A program made the position numbers and the translations under genes. Of a stretch of 64,000 bases of DNA, positions 23,162 to 32,100 are shown in pieces. The notes under the pieces were generated by a model that had not been told where the DNA came from, did not search any database, and saw nothing but the letters and a program-made list of their open reading frames with translations. The DNA is from an uncultured Gemmatimonadaceae bacterium (GTDB lineage Bacteria; Gemmatimonadota; Gemmatimonadetes; Gemmatimonadales; Gemmatimonadaceae): contig CAWGJO010000020.1 of NCBI GenBank assembly GCA_963822945.1, forward strand, positions 192,001-256,000. The letters run 5' to 3'. Position 1 is the first letter of the stretch. The number at the start of each line of letters is the position of its first letter.

Positions 23162-24666
23162 GCCACTGCCTCCGTGTTCTCGAGTCCGGTCATCATGCGG
23201 AGCAGCAGGTCCTGGTCGGCACGCTCACGTGACACCTCGCCGGTGATCCGTCCGGCGCGCAGCACGAGGATGCGCGACGACAGGTTCAGCAGCTCGGGCA
23301 GTTCGCTCGAGATGAGGATGATCCCGACGCCGTTGGACGCCAGGCGGTCGATCCAGGCGTGCAACTCCGCCTTGGCCCCGACATCGACGCCGCGGGTCGG
23401 TTCGTCGAGGATCAGCACCCGTGACTCGGCGGCCAGCCACTTGGCGAGCACCAGCTTCTGCTGGTTGCCACCCGAGAGCGACGACGTGCCGGCGTCGACG
23501 AGGTTGGCCCGCACCCCGAGCCGGTCGAAGTACGCGAGCGCGACCTCGCGCTCGCGCCGTCGCTGCACCCAGGTGTATCGCGCAAAGCGCTCGAGCGTGG
23601 GAAGCGTCGCGTTCTCCCGACAGACGAGCGACAACACCAGCCCCTGCCGCTTCCGATCCTCCGGCACGAACCCCAGCCCGAGGGCCATCGCCTGCCGCGG
23701 CGACCGGACCGTCACCGGCCGGCCGTCCACGAACACGCGGCCGGTGGCTTCGGGGTCGAGCCCGAACACCGCCTGCGCCACCTCCGACCGGCCGGCGCCG
23801 ACGAGCCCGGCGAGCCCCACCACCTCGCCCGCGCGCACCGTGAACGACACGTCGTCGAACCGCCCGGGATGCGAGAGCCCCTCCACGCGCAGCAGCTCGG
23901 CGCCCGCCTGCCGTCCCACATGCTCCGGGAAGTACTGGTCGAGCTTGCGGCCGATCATCGACTGGACGACGGCGTCCTCGGTGAGCGACGCGGTGGGCTG
24001 GGTGGACACGTGCCGTCCGTCGCGCAGCACGGTGACGGTGTCGCACAGGCGAAAGATCTCGTGCATGCGGTGCGACACGTAGAGGATGGTCACGCCGCCC
24101 GAGCGCAGCCGCTCGATGAGCGCGTACAACCGCACCGCGTCCGCCTCGGCCAGGCTGCTCGTCGGCTCGTCGAACACGATGACGCGGGCGCCGCTGCCCA
24201 CGGCCGCCGCGATCTGCACGCGCTGCTGCTCGGCCACGGTGAGATCGGCCACGCGCCGCGCCGGGTCGGTGGTGGCGCCGATGGCGGCCAGCAGGTCGCG
24301 GGCGCGCTGGTGCAGCGCCCGCCGCGAAACGAACGTGCGGCGCGCCGGCAGCGCGCTCAGACACAGGTTCTCGGCCACCGACATGTTCTCGCACAGCGCG
24401 AGTTCCTGGTGCACCATCACCACGCCGGCCTGCAACGCCTCGCGCGGGCTGCCGAACCGCACCTCCCGTCCATTCAGGATGATGCGCCCCTCGTCGGGCA
24501 ACATGAGCCCCGAGAGAATCTTGCCGAGCGTGCTCTTCCCCGCCCCGTTCTCGCCGCAGATGGCATGGCAGGACCCCGGGGCGACGTCGAACGAGACGTC
24601 GTCGAGCGCGGTGACGCCGGGAAAGCGCTTGGTGATGCCGGCGAAGCGGACGGCGGGCGTGGTCAT
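23158..24666 (-). CDS. Sugar ABC transporter ATP-binding protein (RbsA/MglA-like, two domains)
   Basis: GENGAGKST, DEPTSSL, VPEDRK..GL, LSGGNQQK, DEPTRGVDVGAK. Confidence 0.96.
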   Translation of the reverse strand: MTTPAVRFAGITKRFPGVTALDDVSFDVAPGSCHAICGENGAGKSTLGKILSGLMLPDEGRIILNGREVRFGSPREALQAGVVMVHQELALCENMSVAENLCLSALPARRTFVSRRALHQRARDLLAAIGATTDPARRVADLTVAEQQRVQIAAAVGSGARVIVFDEPTSSLAEADAVRLYALIERLRSGGVTILYVSHRMHEIFRLCDTVTVLRDGRHVSTQPTASLTEDAVVQSMIGRKLDQYFPEHVGRQAGAELLRVEGLSHPGRFDDVSFTVRAGEVVGLAGLVGAGRSEVAQAVFGLDPEATGRVFVDGRPVTVRSPRQAMALGLGFVPEDRKRQGLVLSLVCRENATLPTLERFARYTWVQRRREREVALAYFDRLGVRANLVDAGTSSLSGGNQQKLVLAKWLAAESRVLILDEPTRGVDVGAKAELHAWIDRLASNGVGIILISSELPELLNLSSRILVLRAGRITGEVSRERADQDLLLRMMTGLENTEAVA

Positions 24667-24672
24667 CGACCG

Positions 24673-25723
24673 CTAGTTCGGCAGCGCCAGGTACGTGGAG
24701 TCGACGTCGGTGAATCCCCACGCCTTCAACTGGCGCGCGTACGTGCCGAGGTTCTCCTTGCTCACGCGGATGAGATTCATCTGCACGTGCGCGGGAACTT
24801 GCTTGTGGAGCAACACGTGATCCACGATCGTGTTCACCGAGACGAACCCCCAGTCGTACGTGGGCTGGGCGAGCAGCACCGGCGCGATTCCCTTCTGGAT
24901 GTAGGCCAGCTGCTGCGGCAGTGCGTCGACCGACACGACCTTCACCTTGGCCGGGTCGAGCGTGGTCAGCAGTGCCTTGGTCCAGAGCGCCCAACCGCCG
25001 ATCATCGCCCATCCCTGGATGTTCGGATACGCGTTCATCGCCCGCATGACCTCGGCGGCCGCGTCCTGCGGCGTCTCCCGATGGTAGAAGGTGTTCAGGA
25101 TGTGGATCTTGGGGTACTTCTTGGCGGCGTCCTTCACTCCCTGCACGCGCATCTGCAGGTTGGGCGCATTCTGGTTCCCGGCCAGGATCGCGATGTCGCC
25201 GGCGCTGTCCATCTGGACGGCCAGTTCGTCCATCACCTGGCGGCCGATCGCCTCGTCGTCGCCGCCGTAGAAGGAGAAGCGCTTCGAGTTCGGCGCGTCG
25301 CTGTCGAACATCATCACGGGCACGCCGCGCGCCACGGCCGCGTTGATGGCGTCGGTCACCTTGTTGGCATCGCTGGTGGACATCAGGATCGCGTTGTCAC
25401 CGGCATCCACCGCCTGCGCCACGCGCTGGGCCTGCACCTGCGCATCCTCCTCGGGCGGCGTGAGCCAATCGATCTTGATCGGTGATGCCGAGCTTCTTGC
25501 TCTGCTCGGCGGCGGCCGCCTCCGCCCCGACGCGCCCCGAGAGGAACACCGGGTTCGTGGAACTCTTGGCGATCATCGCGATGGTGAACGTCTTGGGCAG
25601 CGAGCCACTGGCCGTGGCCGCGCTGGTGCCGCCGGCGGCGGGCTTGCCGGAACCACCGCACGCGGCGGCCCACGCCATCGCGGCCACGGGAGCAAGTCGG
25701 ACAATTCGAGAGAAGCGCGACAT
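24673..25723 (-). CDS. Sugar ABC transporter substrate-binding lipoprotein, interrupted by a +1 frameshift at ~25481
   Basis: Lipobox AAA-C, IAMIAKSSTNPVF, GVPV..FDSD. Removing one base gives ITIKIDWLTPPEEDAQVQAQR and joins the two ORF-track fragments. Confidence 0.9.
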
Positions 25724-25746
25724 CGTGACTCCAGAGGTTGGCGCGG

Positions 25747-26892
25747 CTATGCGGGCCGCGAGGATTCCCGACCGGCACGGCGCGACAACAGCCGCGACCC
25801 GCCCTGGTCGATGACGACGGCGAGGATCATCGCGGTGCCGACGATGATCCATTCATAATTCTGATCCAGGTGGAGCGTGCGAATGGCCTGCCGGATGACG
25901 ACGATCAGCATGGCGCCGAGCATGGCGCTCACCGCGCTGCCCTTGCCGCCGATCAGGCTCGCCCCGCCGACGACGGCCGACGCGATCACGTACAGCTCGT
26001 ACCCACTCGCGTCGGACGACGTCGAGGACCCGTAGTAGCCGGCCCCGAGAAAGGCGGCGATCCCCGCCGTCAGTCCCGAGAGCACGAACACGCCGAGGGT
26101 GACGCGCTTGACGTTGAGGCCCGCGTACCGGCTCGCTTCGGCGTTTCCGCCGATGGCGAACACGTGCCGCCCCATCACCGTCCGCGACAGATACACGGCG
26201 CCCAGAGCCGTGACGACGAACATCACCAGCATCGGCACCGGGTAGAGTCCCTCGGCCAGGCCGAGCGGCGCGCGGACGATGTTCGTGAGCGGACCGGGAA
26301 GGAGGATGCTCTCGGCGTGGCTCGTCACGAAGGCGAGTCCGCGCAGGATCCACATCGTGCCCAACGTGATGATGAACGAATGGACATTGAGCCCGATCAC
26401 CATGAGCCCATTGGCCAGGCCGCAGAGCAGGCTGACGGCCAGGCAGGTGCCGAGTCCCAGCAGCAGCGTCGGCACCGGGCCCATGGGGCCGGCCGCGCGC
26501 AGCACCATGGCCATCGTCACGCCCGAGAGGGCGTAGATCGCGCCCACCGAGAGGTCGATGCCCCCGGCGATGATGACGATCGTCGCGCCGACGGCCATGA
26601 TCGCGAACCCGCTCGCGTCGGTGGCCATCTGCAGAAACGTGTACTTGTTGAGAAAGTTGTTGACCGTCCGTCCGGTCAGCGGATCCACGTGCGAGCCCGC
26701 CGTGAACGTGAGCACGATGCAGAGCGCCAGGAGCACGCCGACCAGGCCCACCTGGGGCGAACGGAGCACGGCGCGCACCCACGGGCGGCCCCTCGTGGAC
26801 GGGGCCGGAACGGCGCTGGTGGAATCGCCGGGTGCAGCGGAGTCGGAAGCGGCGGGGGGTGCGTCGGGTGTCAGTTGGCGATCTGGCGGCAC
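25747..26892 (-). CDS. Sugar ABC transporter permease (RbsC-like)
   Basis: VIIAGGIDLSVG, FIITLGT, GRHVFAIGGN.EASR.AG, YELYVIASAVVGGASL.GGKG. Confidence 0.96.
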   Translation of the reverse strand: MPPDRQLTPDAPPAASDSAAPGDSTSAVPAPSTRGRPWVRAVLRSPQVGLVGVLLALCIVLTFTAGSHVDPLTGRTVNNFLNKYTFLQMATDASGFAIMAVGATIVIIAGGIDLSVGAIYALSGVTMAMVLRAAGPMGPVPTLLLGLGTCLAVSLLCGLANGLMVIGLNVHSFIITLGTMWILRGLAFVTSHAESILLPGPLTNIVRAPLGLAEGLYPVPMLVMFVVTALGAVYLSRTVMGRHVFAIGGNAEASRYAGLNVKRVTLGVFVLSGLTAGIAAFLGAGYYGSSTSSDASGYELYVIASAVVGGASLIGGKGSAVSAMLGAMLIVVIRQAIRTLHLDQNYEWIIVGTAMILAVVIDQGGSRLLSRRAGRESSRPA

Positions 26893-26920
26893 TTCCGGTG
26901 TGGTGAGGGACTGCGCAGAG

Positions 26921-26934
26921 CGTAAACGCTTGCA
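26921..26934. promoter_or_regulatory. LacI-family-type operator
   Basis: CGTAAACGCTTGCA fits TGnAAnCGnTTnCA except at the first base; abuts the -10 of the minus-strand promoter. Confidence 0.65.
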
Positions 26935-26963
26935 ACGTTACGCCCAGCGTGCAGGGGTGTCAA
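26935..26963 (-). promoter_or_regulatory. Sigma70 promoter of the ABC / GH / galM operon
   Basis: Minus strand TTGACA-17 bp-TAACGT. Confidence 0.75.
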
Positions 26964-27041
26964 CGCGATTCGCGACCGCTCTTCCCGGGGGCAACTTCGA
27001 TCCGTAATCTCTACCCGCATTCTCCACTTCCCGAGCCCGTC

Positions 27042-28548
27042 ATGCCTCTCCATCAGATTCAGACCAAGACCACCGCGCGCAACGCCGCCAAGCGCGCCGC
27101 CGCTGCGAAACGTGCCGCCGCCAAGCGCGCCACGCCCCGGCCCAAGCCGCTCACCGTCGGGTTGCTGGTCGGCAACCGCGGATTCTTTCCCGGTCACCTG
27201 GCGCGCGAAGGCCGTGACCAGATGATGGCCGTGCTCAAGGACGAGGGATTCGACGTCGTCGCGCTCGGCGTGAATGCCACTCGGTACGGAGCCGTCGAAA
27301 GCCGCGACGAGGCGAAGGCGTGCGCCGAACTCTTCCGGAAGCACCGCGACACGATTGCCGGCGTGATCGTTACCCTGCCCAACTTCGGCGACGAGCGCGG
27401 CGTGGCCGAGACGCTGCGGATGGCGGGACTCGACGTCCCGGTGCTGATCCACGCCGCCGCCGACGACCCCAAGCGCATGCTCATCGACAACCGGCGCGAC
27501 GCCTTCTGCGGCAAGATGTCGGTGTGCAACGTGCTCACCCAGTACGGCATTCCCTATTCGCTGACCACGCTGCACACCGTGGCGCCGGCCGCCGACAGCT
27601 TTCGCAGGGATCTGCGGCGCTTTGCCGGCGTCTGCCGCGTGGTGAAGGGTCTGCGCACGGCGCGCATCGGCGCCATCGGCGCCCGGCCCGCCGCCTTCAA
27701 GACCGTTCGCTACAGCGAGAAGATCCTCGAGGCGCAGGGCATCGCCGTCGAACCGATCGACCTCTCGGAGATCCTGGGCCGTGTGAACCGGCTGCGCGAC
27801 AGCGACCGGGCCGTGAAGCGCAAGCTGCAGCAGATGCACGCCTACGTGGACACGGCGGGCGTTCCCGACGCGGCGCTGCTCAAGATGGCCAAGCTCGGCG
27901 CCGTGGTGGACGGCTGGATGACGGAGGCCGACGTCACGGTGAGTGCCGTGCAGTGCTGGACGTCGCTCGAGGAATTCTTCGGCGTCGTGCCGTGCACGCT
28001 GATGAGCATGATGAGCGACGACCTGCTGCCCAGCGCCTGCGAGGTGGACGTGTGCGGCACGGTGAGCATGTACGCGCTCGCACTCGCCGTCGCAAACGCC
28101 GGCCGCGCTGCTCGACTGGAACAACAACTACGGCGACGATCCCGACAAGGCGGTGTGCTTCCACTGCAGCAACCTGCCCAAGTCGTTCTTCGAGAGCGAG
28201 CGGATGGACTACCAGGAGATCATCGCCGGCACCGTGGGACGCGAGAATACCTACGGCACCATCGTCGGCAAGGTGAGAGCCGGCCCGATGACGTTCGCGC
28301 GCTTCTCCACCGACGACCGCAGTGGGCGCATGCGCGGCTACGTCGGCGAGGGACGGTTCACCAAAGACCCGCTCAAGACCTTCGGCGGGGCCGGCGTGGT
28401 GGAGATCCCCCAACTGCAACCGCTGCTCCGCTACATCTGCGAGAACGGGTTCGAGCACCACGTCGCCGCGACGTTCGACACCGTCGCGGACGTGCTGCAC
28501 GAAGCCACCACCCGCTACCTGGGGTGGGACACGCTGCGCCACCGGTAG
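27042..28548 (+). CDS. L-fucose/L-arabinose isomerase family protein, interrupted by a +1 frameshift at ~28088
   Basis: GNRGFFP, LPNFGDE, RRDAFCGK, AVQCW, ACEVD. Removing one C restores ALASQTPAALLDWNNNYG...FHCSN...GFEHH, ending at TAG 28548. Confidence 0.9.
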
Positions 28549-28553
28549 CCGCC

Positions 28554-30131
28554 ATGGCACTCGTCGCCGGCGTCGATTTCGGCACGCAGAGCGTCCGCGT
28601 CGCGATCGTCGACAGCGTGAAGGGACCGGTGGGCGCCGGCGTGGCCGAGTACCCGGTGATCCGGAATGCGGCCGACCCCGACTTCGCCACGCAGTCGCAC
28701 GCGGCCCACATGGACGCGCTGGCCACCGCCACGCGCCTCGCCCTCGCCGAGGCGGGCGTCCCGGGCGACGCCATCCGGTCGATCGCGCTCGACACGACGG
28801 GCTCGACGGTGATCCCGGTGGACGATCGGCTGCAGCCGCTGGACGACTACTACCTGTGGTGCGACCACCGTGCCAAGGACGAGGCCGCGCTGATCACCGA
28901 GGTGGCGCACCGCGAGCGCCTGCCGGCCATCGAGTATTGCGGCGGGGTGTATTCGTCGGAGTGGGGATTCGCCAAGCTGCTCCACTGGCTGCGCCACAAC
29001 CCCGACAAGCGTGCCCGGTTCGCGACGGCGCTCGAGCACTGCGACATGGTAGCGGCCACGCTCTGCGGCGAGACCGATCCGCGCCACGTGGCGCGCAGCG
29101 TGTGCGCCATGGGACACAAGTGGCTCTGGAACGCCGAGCTGGGCGGCCTGCCGGGCGAGGAGTTCCTGGTCGCGGTGGACCCGCTGCTCGCCGGCGTGCG
29201 TGACAAGCTCGACGGACGGTATCTCACCTCGGATCAGATCGCCGGACACCTGGCGCCCGAGTGGGCGGCGAAGCTCGGCCTCCGCGCCGGCATCCCGATT
29301 CCGGTCGGCGCGTTCGACGCGCACTGGGACGCGCTGGGCGCCGGCGTGGCCGAGGGCGACGTGGTGAACGTCGTCGGCACCTCAACCTGCATCGTCGCCG
29401 TCGGCCGCGAGACGGGGTGCATTCCCGGTCTGTGCGGCGTGGTGCGCGGATCCGTGGATCCGCAGCTGGTGGGCATTGAGGCTGGACTGTCGGCGGTGGG
29501 CGACGTGTTCGAGGCCATCGCACGGCGTGCCGGCTCGTCCGTGCACGAGCTGTCGGCCGGACTCGACGACTACCGCGCCGGACAGACCGGACTGCTGCGT
29601 CTGGTGTGGGACAACGGCGACCGCACCGTGCTGGTGAACGCCCGGCTGGGCGGGGTGACGCTCGGCTGGAACCTGCAGCACACGCCGGCGGACGAGCTGT
29701 TCGCGGCCATCGAGGGCACGGCGTTCCACACGCGCATCGTGCTCGAACGGATGGCGGAATTCGGCACGCCCATCGAGCGCGTGATTCAGGCGGGTGGCAT
29801 CCCGCAGAAGAATCCGGTGCTCAACCAGGTGTACGCGAACGTGATGGAGAAGCCGATGCTGGTGCCCGAGCGGCCGATCACGAGCCTCGGTTCGGCGCTG
29901 TTCGCGTTCCTGGCGGCCGGCGTCTTCCCGTCGATCGCCGACGCGCAGCGCGCGCTCTGCCCGCCCTATCGCGAGGTGAAACCCGACCCGGCAACGCGCG
30001 AGACGTACGAGCGCCTGTACGCGATGTACCGGTCGTTGTACTTCGGCCTCGGCTCGCCCGACTCGGCGCCGGTGGCGCTGGGCGACGTGCTTCCGGCGCT
30101 ACGCGAGATCGCCGCTCAGCGCTGGCCGTAG
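28554..30131 (+). CDS. araB: Ribulokinase (FGGY family)
   Basis: Own start MALVAGVDFGTQS 5 bp after the isomerase stop; DTTGST, LWCDHRA, GGVYSSEW, AFDAH, GGIPQKN..L.Q.YA. Confidence 0.9.
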   Translation: MALVAGVDFGTQSVRVAIVDSVKGPVGAGVAEYPVIRNAADPDFATQSHAAHMDALATATRLALAEAGVPGDAIRSIALDTTGSTVIPVDDRLQPLDDYYLWCDHRAKDEAALITEVAHRERLPAIEYCGGVYSSEWGFAKLLHWLRHNPDKRARFATALEHCDMVAATLCGETDPRHVARSVCAMGHKWLWNAELGGLPGEEFLVAVDPLLAGVRDKLDGRYLTSDQIAGHLAPEWAAKLGLRAGIPIPVGAFDAHWDALGAGVAEGDVVNVVGTSTCIVAVGRETGCIPGLCGVVRGSVDPQLVGIEAGLSAVGDVFEAIARRAGSSVHELSAGLDDYRAGQTGLLRLVWDNGDRTVLVNARLGGVTLGWNLQHTPADELFAAIEGTAFHTRIVLERMAEFGTPIERVIQAGGIPQKNPVLNQVYANVMEKPMLVPERPITSLGSALFAFLAAGVFPSIADAQRALCPPYREVKPDPATRETYERLYAMYRSLYFGLGSPDSAPVALGDVLPALREIAAQRWP

Positions 30132-30805
30132 TAGGCGTCGGGACCGTGCTTGCGAAGGAAGTGCTTGTCGTGCAGCGCCTGATCGATGGCCTCGGCGCCG
30201 GCCTCGATGGCCAGCGTGTGGTACGCCATGCTCGCCACCTCTTCGAGCACCGACGCCGTGTGCACCGCCGACTCCACCGTCGGCCCCCAGCAGAAGCTCG
30301 CGTGGCTGGCCACCAGCACCGCTGGCATCGCCGTGGGATCGAGCCCCCGGAACCGGCGCACGATCACCTCGCCGGTGTTCGCTTCGTAATCCACCGCGAT
30401 CTCGTGCGGCGTGAGCGGGTCGGTGACGGGGATCGGGCCGTGGAAGTAATCGGCATGCGTGGTACCGAAGCAGGGAATCTCGCGCCGTGCCTGCGCCCAC
30501 GCGGTGGCAAAGTGCGAATGCGTGTGCACGATTCCCCCCACGGCATGGAAAGCGCGGTACAGGACCAGGTGCGTGGGCAGATCGGACGACGGGCGGAGCG
30601 AGCCTTCGACGATCTTCCCCTCGAGATCGGTGACCACCAGGTCGTCGGCGCGCATGGCGTCGTACGCCACGCCGCTCGGTTTGATCACCACCAGCCCGCG
30701 TTCCCGGTCGACGGCGCTGGCGTTGCCGAACGTGAACGGCGCCAGCCCGCGGTCGCCGAGGGCGCGGTTGGCTTCGAGCACGGCGGTACGGAGTGATTCG
30801 AGCAT
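30116..30805 (-). CDS. araD: L-ribulose-5-phosphate 4-epimerase
   Basis: TFGNAS, VIKPSGV.Y, PSSDLPTH..LY, GGIVHTHS, GTTHADYF.G.IP, KHFLRKHG..AYYGQ; 3' end overlaps araB convergently. Confidence 0.95.
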   Translation of the reverse strand: MLESLRTAVLEANRALGDRGLAPFTFGNASAVDRERGLVVIKPSGVAYDAMRADDLVVTDLEGKIVEGSLRPSSDLPTHLVLYRAFHAVGGIVHTHSHFATAWAQARREIPCFGTTHADYFHGPIPVTDPLTPHEIAVDYEANTGEVIVRRFRGLDPTAMPAVLVASHASFCWGPTVESAVHTASVLEEVASMAYHTLAIEAGAEAIDQALHDKHFLRKHGPDAYYGQR

Positions 30806-30874
30806 GATGTGACCGGCGACCGGGTGATGGGACTCTGGGAAATTGGGGACGGCGGCGCCGGACGCAACCCGCGT

Positions 30875-32089
30875 CTACGCTGCGCGCGTCCACCTCGCAA
30901 TCACGGTGGCCACGGCAAGATCCACCGACACGTTGGTCACGGTCCGCAGCGCGTCGGGAATCGCGTCCACGGCGAGCAGGATGCCGATGCCCTCGGCGGG
31001 AATCCCGGCGGCGAGGAATACGGGCAGTTGGGTCCACGCCCCGTTGGGCACGCCCGGCACGCCGAAGCTCGTGAATACCGAGATCGCGATCACCGGAATC
31101 ATGCGCGCCGCGCCGAGATGGATGCCGTACACGCGCGCAATGAAGATCGCCCCGGTCACCGAGGCGATCGGGGCCGCCACCTTGAGCATGGCCGTGGCCA
31201 GCGGCAGTACGAGCCCGCTCACCTCTGCCGGCAGTTCCAGGTCCTCCTCGGCGGCGCGCATGAGCGACGGAAGCGAGGCCAGGGACGATCGCGATCCGAA
31301 CGCGATGGCCTGCGGCGCCGCGAGCGCGCGGGTAAAGCGGCGGATCGGCGTTCCGCCGAGAGCGACGGCGAGCACGTACGCGCCGGCGGTGACGATGGCG
31401 CAGAGCAGCACGACCACGAGCATGTACCCGGCCAGCGACCGCAGCACGTCGATGCCGATGCGGGTGGCCACCGGCAGGATCAGCGCGAACACGCCGATCG
31501 GGCCTACCTTGAGCACCCACTCCACGATCACCAACAGCGCGTCGGACACGGCGCGACAGAACGCCACGATCGACGAGCGCTGATCGGGCTTGATGCGGGT
31601 GGTGGCGAAGCCGAACAGCAGCGAGAAGACGATGAGGCCGAGCATCGCGCCGTCGGCCGCGGCCTTCACCGGATTCTGCGGCACGATGCTGACCACCAGC
31701 GACGTCAGCGACGGCTGCTGCGCCGCGGCCGCAGCCGCGGCCGGCGGCACGGGAATTCCACCCTTCGACACGATGAGCGCGAGCAGGCCGGGACTGAGCA
31801 GCGCGCAGAGCACCGCGCTGGCCGTCACCACGCCGATGAACATGCCGAAGGTGCCGGTGGCGCCGCGCACGGCGTTCTGCTGCTCCGCCGACGATGCGGC
31901 GGCCACGATCACGTTGACCACCACGAGCGGCACGACCGTCATCAGAATGGCGTTCACCCAGATGGTGCCGAGCGGCGCGACGATCGAGACGGCCCGGTCG
32001 GCGGCCGGACTGCGCACGGCGGCCACGATCAAGCCGGCGATCGTGCCCAGCAGGACCGCGATCACCATTTGGACGGGCAGCTTCTTCAT
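30875..32089 (-). CDS. Dicarboxylate/amino acid:cation symporter (DAACS/SDF family)
   Basis: M.VVPLV, IVPQNP, AF.SRSSLASLP, VLPLA, GIP.EGIGILLAVD.IPD..RTVTNV. Confidence 0.9.
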   Translation of the reverse strand: MKKLPVQMVIAVLLGTIAGLIVAAVRSPAADRAVSIVAPLGTIWVNAILMTVVPLVVVNVIVAAASSAEQQNAVRGATGTFGMFIGVVTASAVLCALLSPGLLALIVSKGGIPVPPAAAAAAAQQPSLTSLVVSIVPQNPVKAAADGAMLGLIVFSLLFGFATTRIKPDQRSSIVAFCRAVSDALLVIVEWVLKVGPIGVFALILPVATRIGIDVLRSLAGYMLVVVLLCAIVTAGAYVLAVALGGTPIRRFTRALAAPQAIAFGSRSSLASLPSLMRAAEEDLELPAEVSGLVLPLATAMLKVAAPIASVTGAIFIARVYGIHLGAARMIPVIAISVFTSFGVPGVPNGAWTQLPVFLAAGIPAEGIGILLAVDAIPDALRTVTNVSVDLAVATVIARWTRAA

Positions 32090-32100
32090 GCGCGGGAGGG

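Noticed and set aside
26949..30131. 1060-aa isomerase-ribulokinase fusion in the ORF track
   Set aside because: Artifact of the +1 frameshift at ~28088. The true isomerase C-terminus is in another frame ending at 28548, and the kinase has its own ATG at 28554.
15768..30805. Integrative island at tRNA-Pro carrying the sugar locus
   Set aside because: No integrase or transposase, no duplicated tRNA 3' end noticed, and composition looks like the flanks.
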